NCBI GenBank assembly: GCA_026195275.1
Contig: JAPHQU010000001.1
Span: forward strand, 12,318 to 76,317
DNA: 64,000 nucleotides
From: Minisyncoccota bacterium
GTDB lineage: Bacteria > Patescibacteriota > Minisyncoccia > Phycocordibacterales > JABMNX01
Direction: 5' to 3'
Shown: positions 9,601-21,788 of the stretch, in pieces
Numbering within the stretch: position 1 is the first letter of the stretch
Layout: every line of letters starts with the position of its first letter
Notes under the pieces: generated by a model
Seen by the model: only the letters and a program-made list of their open reading frames with translations
What the model was told of the DNA's origin: nothing
Databases searched by the model: none
Program-made: the position numbers and the translations under genes

Positions 9601-10518
9601 TTATTCTAATTCTTGTCTACTTTGGGTATGTTGGCGCAAAGCGAGGACCCTTTCTTCGACTGGTGGGTGGGTTAAGAAAAGCTTATTCAAGAATTTTCCA
9701 CTCTTGTCTCCCCCAAAAGGATTCGAGATAAAGAGATGCGCGGTCGCGTGGTTCGCTCGCTTCATCGGGGCGTTGTACCCACTGATCTTCTCGAGCGCCG
9801 AGGCAAGCCCGTCTGGGTAGCGTGTGAGAAGCGCTCCTGACGCGTCAGCCAAGAACTCTCGCTTGCGAGATATCGCGAGCTGAATGAGTTTCGCGACAAT
9901 GGGCGAGAGAAGTGCGAGCGCAAAGCCGGCAACAATCAATACAAGCTGTGCGCGACCATCACGGTCTCCATTGTGATTCCCAAACAACGTCATGCGTAAG
10001 AAAAAGTCAGAGAGCAGTGTCACAAACCCAAGGAGCACCACGACGACGGTCATGAGGAGCATGTCGCGATTCCCGATGTGTGAGAGCTCATGTGCGATCA
10101 CCCCTTCGAGTTCATCGCGCTCAAGTATCGAAAGAAGCCCACTCGTCACCGCAACCACTGCGTGCTCTGGGTCGCGACCGGTTGCAAATGCATTGGGTGC
10201 AGTATCATTAATAATGTAGAGCTTCGGCATTGGAAGCCCTGCAGTGATTGAGAGATTCTCAAGGATATTCCACAATTCGCGGTGTGAATCGCGCGAGACT
10301 GGTTGCGCACCAGACATCTTGAGTACCACCTTGTCTGAAAACCAGTATGCACCGATATTCATAAGAACACTAAAGGCAACTGCCACCCAGAGAATGACCG
10401 GACTCTCAAGGATATATGAAAAACTCCACGCCACACCGACTATCACAAAGAAGAACGCAAGCATGAGAAACCACGTCTTTCTGATATTACTGTCCTTGTG
10501 TGTGTACGCTGTTGCCAT
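9601..10518 (-). CDS. htpX: Zinc metalloprotease HtpX (peptidase M48)
   Basis: HELSHIGNRD (HExxH) zinc motif with TM helices on either side and about 300 aa length, typical of HtpX. Confidence 0.8.
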   Translation of the reverse strand: MATAYTHKDSNIRKTWFLMLAFFFVIVGVAWSFSYILESPVILWVAVAFSVLMNIGAYWFSDKVVLKMSGAQPVSRDSHRELWNILENLSITAGLPMPKLYIINDTAPNAFATGRDPEHAVVAVTSGLLSILERDELEGVIAHELSHIGNRDMLLMTVVVVLLGFVTLLSDFFLRMTLFGNHNGDRDGRAQLVLIVAGFALALLSPIVAKLIQLAISRKREFLADASGALLTRYPDGLASALEKISGYNAPMKRANHATAHLFISNPFGGDKSGKFLNKLFLTHPPVEERVLALRQHTQSRQELE

Positions 10519-10527
10519 ACTGAAGTG

Positions 10528-10854
10528 TTACCTGGTCGATTCGAGGAAAATACGCTGTTCGAAACCGCCGCGCTTTTCCAACTTTTTTTTCTGCGCTTGA
10601 TCAATCTCCGCTCGATCAAGTGCAAACCCTTTCACGATCGCATCGATAACCTCAAAAACATCTGCAAGTTCCTCGATAAGCTCCTTGGGATCGTCTGCTG
10701 CTAAACGCACCTCGATAATCTCCTCCTCAAGTTTCTTTATGAGTTCAATGCGATACTCGTCATCATCAAGGACGCGCGTCACACAGGTTTCTCCGTTTGC
10801 TTCGATCTTCTCGGGGATGCGATCGCGCACTAACTTATTGAATACTTGCTTCAT
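10528..10854 (-). CDS. MazG-like nucleoside triphosphate pyrophosphohydrolase (small all-alpha type)
   Basis: KLVRDRIPE...EEIIEV...ELADVFEVIDAIV matches the small MazG/HisE-like NTP-PPase family pattern (EExxE...ELADV). Confidence 0.6.
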   Translation of the reverse strand: MKQVFNKLVRDRIPEKIEANGETCVTRVLDDDEYRIELIKKLEEEIIEVRLAADDPKELIEELADVFEVIDAIVKGFALDRAEIDQAQKKKLEKRGGFEQRIFLESTR

Positions 10855-10859
10855 AATGC

Positions 10860-11366
10860 TTATGAATACAATTTTATCGTCTTGAGGATGTCCGTGTCGA
10901 TCCCCTCAATATGATCGTATCCTCCAATCTCCTCCGCGTCCACCCACGCAAAGTCAGTGAACCCGTGCTCTGGCACCACGCCCCCTTCCTTATATGCGAC
11001 TGCGAATCGCACTAAGACCGATGGCGTACCGTCGCTGCGCACAAAGAACACACTCTCAAGATACTGCGGCTTATTCGCGACCTCAATTCCGGCGCGCTCG
11101 CGGACAACTTGCTTTACATGCTCCTCAATCGGGCTATTGAAGTTGAGTACACCATCACTTCTTGAATCAGGCTGATCGAGATTAAACTTACCCCACGAAA
11201 GCCTGCCGCCAGGAAGCCCCCACTTGCCGGGGTACACATCATCGCGCTCATCTCGCTTGAGAATCAGACACTTTTGGTCACTCTCTCGGAAGACCACAAT
11301 GGTCGTCACAAAGTAAAAGAGCTTGTCTTCCTCTGCAGACTTGATTGATATATGCCGGCCGGACAT
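10860..11366 (-). CDS. NUDIX hydrolase
   Basis: Nudix-box-like GKWGLPGGRLSW...EEHVKQVVRERAGIEV (GX5EX7REUXEEXGU approximated). Confidence 0.5.
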   Translation of the reverse strand: MSGRHISIKSAEEDKLFYFVTTIVVFRESDQKCLILKRDERDDVYPGKWGLPGGRLSWGKFNLDQPDSRSDGVLNFNSPIEEHVKQVVRERAGIEVANKPQYLESVFFVRSDGTPSVLVRFAVAYKEGGVVPEHGFTDFAWVDAEEIGGYDHIEGIDTDILKTIKLYS

Positions 11367-11377
11367 ACCTTGCCGTG

Positions 11378-11938
11378 CTAGAACGAAACCTTTACCGGGT
11401 CCTTTGCCGCCTGCTCGTCCTCACCAAGCTCAAAGAATTCCTGCTTATCAAAGCGAAATACGTTTGCCACAATATTCTGTGGGAACGATTCGATTGCAGT
11501 GTTGAGGTCGCGCACATTACCGTTGTAGAAACGACGCGCCGCCTGAATCTTATTCTCAGTGTCGGAGAGTTCACGCTGAAGCTCAAGGAAGTTTTCGTTT
11601 GCTTTGAGGTCCGGATAGTTCTCTGAAACAGCGAAGAGTGATTTGAGCGCGCCGGTCAGCATGTTCTCCGCCTCTGCGCGCTCCTCGAGCGAACCTCCTT
11701 GCATTGCCTTTGCACGCATCTCGGTCACCTTCTCGAGTGTTTGCTTCTCATGCGCGGCATACCCCTTCACAGTATTGATAAGGTTCGGAATCAGATCATA
11801 GCGACGCTTAAGCTGGACATCGATGTCCGCCCACGCTTCCTTTGCGCGATTGATCATGCGCACAAAACTGTTGTACGCGAAGACTACCCAGAGGGCAACT
11901 ACCGCAACAACACCAATAAGAATGTAGACAATAGTCAT
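11378..11938 (-). CDS. LemA family protein
   Basis: N-terminal TM followed by YNSFVRMINRAKEAWADIDVQLKRRYDLIPNLINTVKGYAAHEKQTLEKVTEMRAKA, the canonical LemA core. Confidence 0.8.
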   Translation of the reverse strand: MTIVYILIGVVAVVALWVVFAYNSFVRMINRAKEAWADIDVQLKRRYDLIPNLINTVKGYAAHEKQTLEKVTEMRAKAMQGGSLEERAEAENMLTGALKSLFAVSENYPDLKANENFLELQRELSDTENKIQAARRFYNGNVRDLNTAIESFPQNIVANVFRFDKQEFFELGEDEQAAKDPVKVSF

Positions 11939-12071
11939 GTTTTTGTAGGTTTAGATACTAAGTATCTCTAGTATACCATTCTCTAAAACGGGACAGCAAC
12001 AACCAGAAGAACCCTCGCTGTTTACCAAGACGCCACTCTCCATTCCCTCAAATAAACCTTGTAACGAAGGG

Positions 12072-14058
<1,987 letters not shown>

Positions 14059-14191
14059 AACTGTGAGAAATGCTTAATTAAGAGGTTAATAAAGCTTGAT
14101 TTGCAGTAGTATTATACGTTCACGAGACACGCTGTCAATCCAGAATGGATATGTTTACAATCTTTCTTGCCCCTGCTATACTGCGGAGCAA

Positions 14192-14425
14192 ATGGAAACA
14201 CTTACAGCAATATTGCCGTATATCCAAATTGCGCTCTCCATCCTTCTCGTTCTTGCGGTACTGCTTCAGCAGACCGGAGCGGGACTCGGAGGTGCATTCG
14301 GTGGAGATAACTTCTCAAGCGGATTCCACACGCGACGCGGATTTGAAAAGACACTTTTTAACGCAACAATCGTTATTGCGGTTCTTTTCGCGCTCTCGGC
14401 ATTTATCGCGCTCATTATTCAATAG
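14192..14425 (+). CDS. secG: Preprotein translocase subunit SecG
   Basis: METLTAILPYIQIALSILLVLAVLLQQTGAGLGGAFGG then a second TM segment. The LLQxxKGxGLGGAFGG motif is diagnostic. The likely start is the internal Met at 14192 inside ORF 14096-14425. Confidence 0.7.
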   Translation: METLTAILPYIQIALSILLVLAVLLQQTGAGLGGAFGGDNFSSGFHTRRGFEKTLFNATIVIAVLFALSAFIALIIQ

Positions 14426-14493
14426 CAATCTCTCAGCAAACGAAACCGAGACACTGAAAATATTCAGGTACTCTGAGAAACTCTTTTTCTCTT

Positions 14494-16230
14494 GTGAAAA
14501 AACTCCACCCACTCTTTCATATGCATTTTCATCTTCCGCGTGCGGCTACATTCGAGCGTGTCTTCACTTCTTTTTCACCCTCTGAGAAGATACTCTTCTG
14601 GGGCCTCACTGGACTCCTCGTATTCAGTACCCTTGGATTAATTGCAGAGGTGAACGACTCGATCCTTATTGAGACTGAAGCACGTGGCGGTAGTTTCGCT
14701 GAAGGTATCCTTGGATCGCCTCGGTTCATCAATCCGGTCCTCGCACTCTCAGATGCCGATCGTGACCTGGTGTCTCTCATATATTCAGGGCTCATGCGTC
14801 CAACCGCTGATGGTTCATTATCTCTCGACCTCGCGGAGTCATACACCGTCTCCGAAGACGGTTTGGTGTATGACTTTACGATCAAGGATAATGCGCTATT
14901 TCATGACGGCACACCAGTAACGGCAGATGACGTAATCTTCACCATAGGGAAGACGCTTGACCCAACACTGAAGAGCGCGCAACGGGCGAACTGGGACGGT
15001 GTGCGTGTGGAGAAAATCTCCGACCACTCAATCCGCTTTACGCTTGCGCGTCCGTATGCGCCATTCCTTCAGAACACCACTCTGGGGATCCTTCCCAAGC
15101 ACCTTTGGGAAGATATCGACGCAGAACAGTTGCCATTCAGTCAGTTTAACGTCGAACCGGTTGGCTCCGGGCCATATCGAATAAAGAAAATAGCGAAAGA
15201 TTCTTCCGGGATTCCTGAAACATATATACTTGATTCATTCAAAGAATACGTGCTCGGTCGCCCATTCATCAATTCAATAACTCTACACTTCTACAAAAAC
15301 GAATCCGATCTGATTGTTGCATTTAACAAGGGGCGCATTGACGCACTCAACAGCATCTCTCCCGAGCACGTAAGCGAGCTTGAAGATGCGAAAGTGTCAC
15401 GCACACCACTCTTGCGTATATTCGGCGTTTTCTTCAACCAAAATACCGCGCAGATATTCTCTCACATAGAGGTTCGTAAGGCGCTCGATATAGCAGCTAA
15501 CAAGACCGCGATTGTTGAGCAGGTTCTTGCTGGCTATGGTACAGAAATCGACAGTCCAATCCCCCCGGGAAGTATTGGTCGCACCACAGTCAACACACGT
15601 GAAAATGGACACCGAGGCAATATCGAAGAAGCTCGCGACATATTAGACCGCAATGGTTGGACATTTGACGAAGAGGAGGGTGTGTGGGTCTCTGAAGACG
15701 ACGAGCCACTCCGATTTTCACTCTCAACATCGAACGTGACTGAGTTGAAGTCGGCCGCCTACCTACTAAAAGAGGTGTGGAATGAACTCGGCGCACAGGT
15801 TGAAGTGAAAGTTTTTGAAGCCGGCAACCTCAACCAGAATGTCATCCGTCCACGCGAGTATGACGCTCTTCTCTTTGGCGAAGTCATTGGACGCGAGCTT
15901 GATCTTTTTGCTTTCTGGCACGCTTCGCAACGCAATGACCCCGGACTCAACATCGCACAATACGCCAACATCACTGCTGATGCACTGCTTGAGAGGGGGC
16001 GCACAACCCTTGATCGTGAAGCTCGAGATGAGGTGTACTTGCAGTTTGAGGACGAGGTGCGACAAGATATACCAGCAGTCTTCCTCTACTCACCGGACTT
16101 TATTTACGTACTACCAGAGAAAATACGCGGTGCAGACCTCGGCTCGATTACCACATCAGCTGACCGATTCATGGACGTACATCAGTGGTTTATACGAACA
16201 GATAAGGTGTGGAGTATCTTCTCTCGATGA
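14494..16230 (+). CDS. ABC transporter substrate-binding protein, family 5 (oligopeptide/nickel type), membrane-anchored
   Basis: N-terminal TM/signal. ILGSPRFINPVLALSDADRDLVSLIYSGLMR is typical of SBP_bac_5. Length 578 aa. Confidence 0.75.
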   Translation: MKKLHPLFHMHFHLPRAATFERVFTSFSPSEKILFWGLTGLLVFSTLGLIAEVNDSILIETEARGGSFAEGILGSPRFINPVLALSDADRDLVSLIYSGLMRPTADGSLSLDLAESYTVSEDGLVYDFTIKDNALFHDGTPVTADDVIFTIGKTLDPTLKSAQRANWDGVRVEKISDHSIRFTLARPYAPFLQNTTLGILPKHLWEDIDAEQLPFSQFNVEPVGSGPYRIKKIAKDSSGIPETYILDSFKEYVLGRPFINSITLHFYKNESDLIVAFNKGRIDALNSISPEHVSELEDAKVSRTPLLRIFGVFFNQNTAQIFSHIEVRKALDIAANKTAIVEQVLAGYGTEIDSPIPPGSIGRTTVNTRENGHRGNIEEARDILDRNGWTFDEEEGVWVSEDDEPLRFSLSTSNVTELKSAAYLLKEVWNELGAQVEVKVFEAGNLNQNVIRPREYDALLFGEVIGRELDLFAFWHASQRNDPGLNIAQYANITADALLERGRTTLDREARDEVYLQFEDEVRQDIPAVFLYSPDFIYVLPEKIRGADLGSITTSADRFMDVHQWFIRTDKVWSIFSR

Positions 16231-16271
16231 ACTTACTAAATATTGATTCATTATTATAAAAATTATCAAAC

Positions 16272-18149
16272 ATGACACCTAGAAAGAAAACAACAACACA
16301 AAATACCAGACCAACGACACGCACAAATAGTCAATCGCGCACTACCACTAAGAAGACATCGGCTGGGCGCAGCGGCGCACGGAAGAACACACGACGACAG
16401 TCATCAACCCGGCGTGTCATTCATCGCACATCTGCTCCACGCGACTCACGTGAAAAGAAACGCGAACCGATACCTGAGATCAAAGATGGTGTACGCATCA
16501 TCCCACTTGGTGGTGTTGAAGAAGTTGGTCGTAATATGACCATTGTCGAGACAAAAGATGACATTGTTATTGTCGATGCTGGTTTCCAGTTTGTCTCTGA
16601 AGAAGCACCTGGCGTTGACTACATCCTCCCCAACACCCACTACCTTGAGGAGCGTAAGGACAAGATCCGCGCAATCCTTATCACACACGGCCACCTCGAC
16701 CACATCGGAGGTATCCCGTTCATTCTCGACCGTATTGGCAACCCGCCGATCTACACCGGTGAGCTTACCGCGTTCATGATCAAAAAGCGCGCGGAAGAAT
16801 TCCCAAGTGTGAAGCATACCGTAAAGACTCTGGATCCAGATGTCCCGGTGACTCTTGGTAGCCTTAAGGTGCGCACTTTCCCTGTCACCCACTCGATCCC
16901 TGACTCGACCGGCATGCTCATAGAGACGAAAGATGGCAACATTGTCCTCAGTGGCGACCTAAAACTTGAACACAAAGACGGTGTTCCTTCAGAGCGTGAA
17001 GAGAAGGTCTGGAGCAAGGTCGGTTCGGGTAAGAACCTTATGTTCATTGCCGACTCAACGAACGCGGAGCGTGGTGGTTTCTCGGTCCCTGAACAGGTCG
17101 TCTTTGACACTCTTGAAGACATCATTAGAAAAGCTGATGGGCGTATCATTATTGGTACGTTTGCCTCACAGTTTGAACGCATGATCCGAATCATCGAAAC
17201 TTGTGAGAAACTCGGAAAGAAGGTTGCTGTTGAAGGCCGCAGCATCAAGACGAACCTTGAGATCGCCAAGAAAGCAGAGCGTCTTAAGGCGGCAAAAGCG
17301 ACACTCATCCCAATCCAAGAGGTTGATAACTATCCTCCAGACAAACTCGTAGTTCTCGCAACAGGTGCCCAAGGTGAGAAATTTGCTGCTCTTATGCGTA
17401 TCGCGACCGGACAGCATAAATTCCTCAAAATGACGAAACGTGACACAGTCGTCCTCTCATCTTCGGTCATTCCGGGCAACGAAGTATCCGTCCAACGCCT
17501 GAAGGACAACCTCTACCGCCATGCTGGGCACGTCATTCATTATCGTACTTCAGATGTTCACTCGACCGGACACGGCAACACCGGGGAGCTTGTGTGGATC
17601 AACCAGAAAGTCGGCGCGAAATTCTTCATGCCCGCGTATGGATACTACTCAATGACTCGCTGTCACGCAGACGCCGTGATCGAGTCCGGCTTCCCGGAGA
17701 AAAATATCGTTGTTGCAGACAACGGGACCATTGTCGACATTGTCGATGGTGGTGAGAGGATGATCGTACAGAAAGCTTCCGCTCCATCAGGACCAATGAT
17801 GGTAGATGGATTCTCAGTCGGCAACGTGCAAGATGTGGTTATCCGTGACCGCCAGAACATGGCACAAGACGGCATGTTTGTCGTTATCGCGACAATCAAC
17901 CTCAAAACCGGAAAGCTCCGCAAGTCACCTGATATCATTTCACGCGGATTCGTCTACCTCAGAGAATCCCAAGACCTCTTGCAGCAAACACGTCTTATTG
18001 TAAAGAAAAGTGTTGAAGAGACGACAAAGGGCATGCGTCCAGTCAACTTCGATATGGTAAAAGACAACATCACGGACACAGTGAGTGCGTTCCTCTTCCA
18101 GAAGACGAACAAACATCCAATCGTGATACCGGTCCTCCTTGGAGTATAA
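16272..18149 (+). CDS. rnj: Ribonuclease J (metallo-beta-lactamase/beta-CASP) with about 70 aa basic Thr/Arg/Lys-rich N-terminal extension
   Basis: IPLGGVEEVGRNMTIVE start of the MBL domain. HGHLDHIGG (HxHxDH). beta-CASP and C-terminal domain present. The N-terminal MTPRKKTTTQNTRPTTRTNSQSRTTTKKTSAGRSGARKNTRRQSSTRR tail is low-complexity and basic. Confidence 0.9.
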   Translation: MTPRKKTTTQNTRPTTRTNSQSRTTTKKTSAGRSGARKNTRRQSSTRRVIHRTSAPRDSREKKREPIPEIKDGVRIIPLGGVEEVGRNMTIVETKDDIVIVDAGFQFVSEEAPGVDYILPNTHYLEERKDKIRAILITHGHLDHIGGIPFILDRIGNPPIYTGELTAFMIKKRAEEFPSVKHTVKTLDPDVPVTLGSLKVRTFPVTHSIPDSTGMLIETKDGNIVLSGDLKLEHKDGVPSEREEKVWSKVGSGKNLMFIADSTNAERGGFSVPEQVVFDTLEDIIRKADGRIIIGTFASQFERMIRIIETCEKLGKKVAVEGRSIKTNLEIAKKAERLKAAKATLIPIQEVDNYPPDKLVVLATGAQGEKFAALMRIATGQHKFLKMTKRDTVVLSSSVIPGNEVSVQRLKDNLYRHAGHVIHYRTSDVHSTGHGNTGELVWINQKVGAKFFMPAYGYYSMTRCHADAVIESGFPEKNIVVADNGTIVDIVDGGERMIVQKASAPSGPMMVDGFSVGNVQDVVIRDRQNMAQDGMFVVIATINLKTGKLRKSPDIISRGFVYLRESQDLLQQTRLIVKKSVEETTKGMRPVNFDMVKDNITDTVSAFLFQKTNKHPIVIPVLLGV

Positions 18150-18162
18150 ACACTAGACAATA

Positions 18163-19347
18163 ATGGATCTTCTGAAAAGCACCAACAGTGAAAAGAGCCA
18201 CCAATTTGGGTTGTTGTACGTCATCAACTTCATCATCTCTTTCCACCTCTTCTTCATTGTCTACTTCAACTCAAGCCACTTAAAAGAGATAGGGTTCTCA
18301 GAAGAAAGCTTGAGTGGCATATACATCCTCGGCTCAGCAGTCGGTATCTTGGGAATGCTTACCTTTGCCCGCGTCTTGCGTCGAGTTGGTTGTTACCGTG
18401 CTGCGCTTGTCCTCCTCTCGCTTGAGATGTTTGCTCTCGGAACACTGGCATTTACCCAAGACCTGCTGATCTCCCTCATAGCGTTCGTTGGTTACCTCCT
18501 TATCTTCCCACTGATTCTCCTCTCGCTTGACGTCTTCTTGGAGAGCATGACCAAGCAAGAAGGTTCCACGGGGAGCATCCGCGGCATCTTCCTCACCGTT
18601 ACAAACGCCGCACTCATCATCTCCCCACTTGCCGCAGGCTTCCTGCTTAATGGTGATGGTTTCAGTAAAATGTATCTGGTCTCCGCTTCGTTCCTGCTAC
18701 CCGTTATCATCATCGTTGGTTGGTACTTTAAAGGATTCTCTGACCCGGTGTACGAACCACTCCGTCTTAAGGACGTGCTCCATGATTTCTCACAAGACAG
18801 AAATCTACGCAACATCTTCCTGGCACACCTTGTCCTCAGGATTTTCTACGTATTTATGGTTATCTATACCCCATTGTATCTCCATAACACAATCGGTTTC
18901 TCACTTTCAACAATCGGTATTATGTTCGCAATCATGCTTCTGCCGTTTGTCCTCTTTGAGATTCCGCTCGGAAAGATAGCCGACCGATTGCTTGGAGAAA
19001 AAGAGATCATGATCGTTGGATTCCTTATCGCAGGAGCAACCACCCTACTAATGTCTCTTATTTCAATACCTGCCTTTGCTCTCTGGACAGCGGTCTTGTT
19101 TGCAACACGAACCGGCGCTAGCGCGATTGAGATCACCACCGAGAGCTATTTCTTCAAACACGTCGGCGGGAAAGATGCTGACACAATCAGTCTCTTCCGC
19201 ACCCTACGCCCGCTCAGCTACATCATTGGAGCTACACTTGGCGGTGTCGCACTTCTCTTTACAACTATTCACTACTTATTCATTATTCCCGCAGTCTTTC
19301 TCTTTCTTGGTATCATACCCGCGTCTCGTATCAGAGACACAAAGTAG
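18163..19347 (+). CDS. MFS-type transporter
   Basis: 394 aa, about 12 TM helices, central loop. Confidence 0.6.
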   Translation: MDLLKSTNSEKSHQFGLLYVINFIISFHLFFIVYFNSSHLKEIGFSEESLSGIYILGSAVGILGMLTFARVLRRVGCYRAALVLLSLEMFALGTLAFTQDLLISLIAFVGYLLIFPLILLSLDVFLESMTKQEGSTGSIRGIFLTVTNAALIISPLAAGFLLNGDGFSKMYLVSASFLLPVIIIVGWYFKGFSDPVYEPLRLKDVLHDFSQDRNLRNIFLAHLVLRIFYVFMVIYTPLYLHNTIGFSLSTIGIMFAIMLLPFVLFEIPLGKIADRLLGEKEIMIVGFLIAGATTLLMSLISIPAFALWTAVLFATRTGASAIEITTESYFFKHVGGKDADTISLFRTLRPLSYIIGATLGGVALLFTTIHYLFIIPAVFLFLGIIPASRIRDTK

Positions 19348-19354
19348 CGCACAA

Positions 19355-20161
19355 CTACGCAATGCGCGCAGTCGTCTTAGTTAAGACGATCATTCCCTCT
19401 CTTTTGAGTGCATCGAGTTGCTCGCGCACCCGCGACTCCTCAAAGTGTCTAAGTGCATTGAGAAGCCTTTTAATAGAGATCAGCTTGTATTTTGTGAGCT
19501 CTGTCATGATTGCACCACGAATCTCTCGATTGGAACCTTTAAAAGGAGTCTGTTTTATGTGGTGGCGACTCTTTTGTGATGGATTCTTCCCTTCTCGTTT
19601 GAGTCTTGTGCCATAGTCCATGAGCGCGTAGTACCACTCACGTGGATCTTCTCGGTCTAGTGTTTTCTCTACGTACGGAAGAAGTTCCTTATCGGACACA
19701 TTCTTACTGTCTGAAAAGAAAAAATGAATGAACACCGAACGAATATTTGTCTCAATGAATACACTGGGAGCATTCCACGCAAACGCCATTACGGCACCTG
19801 CAGTGTATGGTCCGATGCCGGGAAGTTCTTCCAGTCTCTGTATATCTCTTGGTATACGACCATTATGCTCTTGTACGATCTCCTTTGCACACGCTAAGAG
19901 CATCTTTGCCCGCCGATTGTACCCAAGCCCTTGCCACACAGAGAGTACGTCACGAAGTGGTGCATCTGCAAGTATCGTGATTGTCGGAAATCGATCAAGG
20001 AATGATTGGTACTTTGGTACCACTCGATCGACCTGCGTCTGCTGCAGCATGATCTCAGATACGAGAATACGATATGGGTCATTCGTCTCACGCCAAGGGA
20101 GCTTCCGGCCATGCGTGCGATAGTATGTGAGAATGTGTTGTTTAAACCTCCGCGGTGTCAT
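19355..20161 (-). CDS. mutY: HhH-GPD DNA glycosylase, MutY-like (A/G-specific adenine glycosylase), apparently without the 4Fe-4S cysteine cluster
   Basis: RILVSEIMLQQTQVDRVVPKYQSFLDRFP (MutY signature VSEIMLQQTQV). HhH-GPD LPGIGPYTAGAVMAFAW. The likely start is MTPRRF at 20161 (the ORF track extends to 20335). No C-x6-C-x2-C-x5-C block follows the HhH. Confidence 0.75.
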   Translation of the reverse strand: MTPRRFKQHILTYYRTHGRKLPWRETNDPYRILVSEIMLQQTQVDRVVPKYQSFLDRFPTITILADAPLRDVLSVWQGLGYNRRAKMLLACAKEIVQEHNGRIPRDIQRLEELPGIGPYTAGAVMAFAWNAPSVFIETNIRSVFIHFFFSDSKNVSDKELLPYVEKTLDREDPREWYYALMDYGTRLKREGKNPSQKSRHHIKQTPFKGSNREIRGAIMTELTKYKLISIKRLLNALRHFEESRVREQLDALKREGMIVLTKTTARIA

Positions 20162-20378
20162 GACTTTCTTCCTCAAAGACGATCGAAGGTCTCTGTGGCA
20201 CAATGAAGAGTGCGATGACATAGATGAGCAGCCCGGGGACAATGCCGCTAAACACCGTGACCACGACCCACACGAGTCGTAATAGCGTTGGGTCAATATC
20301 AAAGTGCTCCCCCAGACCCCCGAAGATTCCGGCAAATATCTTATTCTCCGCTGATCGATAGAGTTGTTTCTTTTTCAT
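20142..20378 (-). CDS. PspC-domain membrane protein
   Basis: LYRSAENKIFAGIFGGLGEHFDIDPTLLRLVWVVVTVF matches the PspC domain consensus (R..KxxxGVCGGLAEYFGIDPTLVR). Confidence 0.7.
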   Translation of the reverse strand: MKKKQLYRSAENKIFAGIFGGLGEHFDIDPTLLRLVWVVVTVFSGIVPGLLIYVIALFIVPQRPSIVFEEESHDTAEV

Positions 20379-20389
20379 GGTATGTATTC

Positions 20390-21076
20390 TTATGAGATTG
20401 TATAAATAACATCTTTACGCTCAACAACAACCTCCCACCCAAGACGCTTCGCATGACGGTAAAGATTGTTGTTGGGGTTAAAGCAGATCGGCCGCTCAAC
20501 CGCTTCAAGTATGGGAATATCGCTTTCGGTGTCCCCCACTGCGACTGATCCCTCAAGTGTCAGTCCTTCTTTCGCTACCGCGCGCCGAAAGATGTTCGCC
20601 TTGTTCATGATGAGGTGCTCATCAGTCACCTCACCGGTGCAGAGGTCTTGCGGCCCGATCTCATAGATCCGGCCGTACACCTTGTCAAAACCCAAGTGGG
20701 TGCAGAACGGGTCAACAGTTGTCTTTGGGGACTGTGAGATAGCAAGAAGAAAGTACCCTTCTTGCTTAAGCTCAGCAACCAGATCGCGAGTATAACGATA
20801 TACGCGCTTCTTCTGCTCGTCAACTACCTGCTTTGAAACATCGCTAAGAATGCCGTAATGCACCCCTTTGATATTCTCACGAAAAGTACGAACAACCGCG
20901 TTGATATACTCTTCATATCCCCCTTCGCGCTCAAACCAAGAACGGTACTCGTTTTCATACTTTTGCGCCACGTCAGGCGGGAACACTTCTTCTCGGATAA
21001 ACGCTTCGACGAGCTCAATAAGCAGACTTGAGCGAAATATCGTTCCATCAATATCAAAAACGGCAACTTTTTTCAT
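20390..21076 (-). CDS. HAD-superfamily hydrolase (subfamily IB-like)
   Basis: Motif I VAVFDIDGTIF. Motifs III/IV GDTESD near the C-terminus. Confidence 0.75.
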   Translation of the reverse strand: MKKVAVFDIDGTIFRSSLLIELVEAFIREEVFPPDVAQKYENEYRSWFEREGGYEEYINAVVRTFRENIKGVHYGILSDVSKQVVDEQKKRVYRYTRDLVAELKQEGYFLLAISQSPKTTVDPFCTHLGFDKVYGRIYEIGPQDLCTGEVTDEHLIMNKANIFRRAVAKEGLTLEGSVAVGDTESDIPILEAVERPICFNPNNNLYRHAKRLGWEVVVERKDVIYTIS

Positions 21077-21107
21077 AGACTCATTTTAGCACACCTGGTC
21101 TCCGGTC

Positions 21108-21788
21108 TTATTTTGACTTTGGCCAGATGTGTGCCGCCTTGGGATAAATGACGGTAAGCGGATGTTCTGTGCAGTCATGTTTATGAGCCGTACAAATGTA
21201 ACGCCCAAACATAACCAGTGCGTGATTCACGTATTTCCAGTCTTTCTTCGGGATTATCTCCATGAGGTCTCGTTCAATCTTCACCGGATCTTTATGAGAA
21301 GTCAGGTCGTACTTGAGTGCAAGGCGCCTGACATGCGTATCAACTGCGATTCCTTCATAGATCCCGTGCGCCTCTCCGAGAACAACGTTCGCGGTCTTCC
21401 GCGCAACACCAGGGATGGTGAGCATTTCCTCCATGGTATTTGGGATTCTGCCGCCAAAATCATTCTTTATAACCTTCGCAGCCGCAAGAATATTTTTTGC
21501 CTTGTTGCGATAAAAGCCAGTTGGTTTGATGTCCTGCTCAAATTCACGAAGCGATGCATGCACGTAGTCATCGAGTTTTCGATATTTCTTGAAAAGTGTC
21601 TTTGTCACTTCATTCACACGCTTGTCGGTACATTGTGCAGAGAGTATGACCGCAACGAGAAGTTCCCAATTCGTGGAGTAATTGAGTTCTGTTTGTAAAT
21701 CCGGGTAGAGCTTCTTCAGTACGCGAAGCATTTTCTTCATCCGTTCACTGCGTTCTCTTTTCTTTTTGGGAGACATGGTATTCGCCAT
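21108..21788 (-). CDS. nth: Endonuclease III (Nth), with a degenerate Fe-S ligand set
   Basis: ELNYSTNWELLVAVILSAQCTDKRVNEVTKTLF. HhH-GPD IPGVARKTANVVL. C-terminal C-x6-C (CTAHKHDC) present, but the following x2-C-x5-C is absent. The likely start is MANTMSPKK at 21788 (the ORF track extends to 21983). Confidence 0.8.
   Translation of the reverse strand: MANTMSPKKKRERSERMKKMLRVLKKLYPDLQTELNYSTNWELLVAVILSAQCTDKRVNEVTKTLFKKYRKLDDYVHASLREFEQDIKPTGFYRNKAKNILAAAKVIKNDFGGRIPNTMEEMLTIPGVARKTANVVLGEAHGIYEGIAVDTHVRRLALKYDLTSHKDPVKIERDLMEIIPKKDWKYVNHALVMFGRYICTAHKHDCTEHPLTVIYPKAAHIWPKSK

Noticed and set aside
19355-20335. The full 326 aa extent of the MutY-like ORF and the 291 aa extent of the Nth ORF (21108-21983)
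   Set aside because: The N-terminal extensions are Cys/Ser-rich low complexity that would overlap upstream genes (PspC, intergenic). Internal Mets at 20161 and 21788 align with the known glycosylase N-termini.
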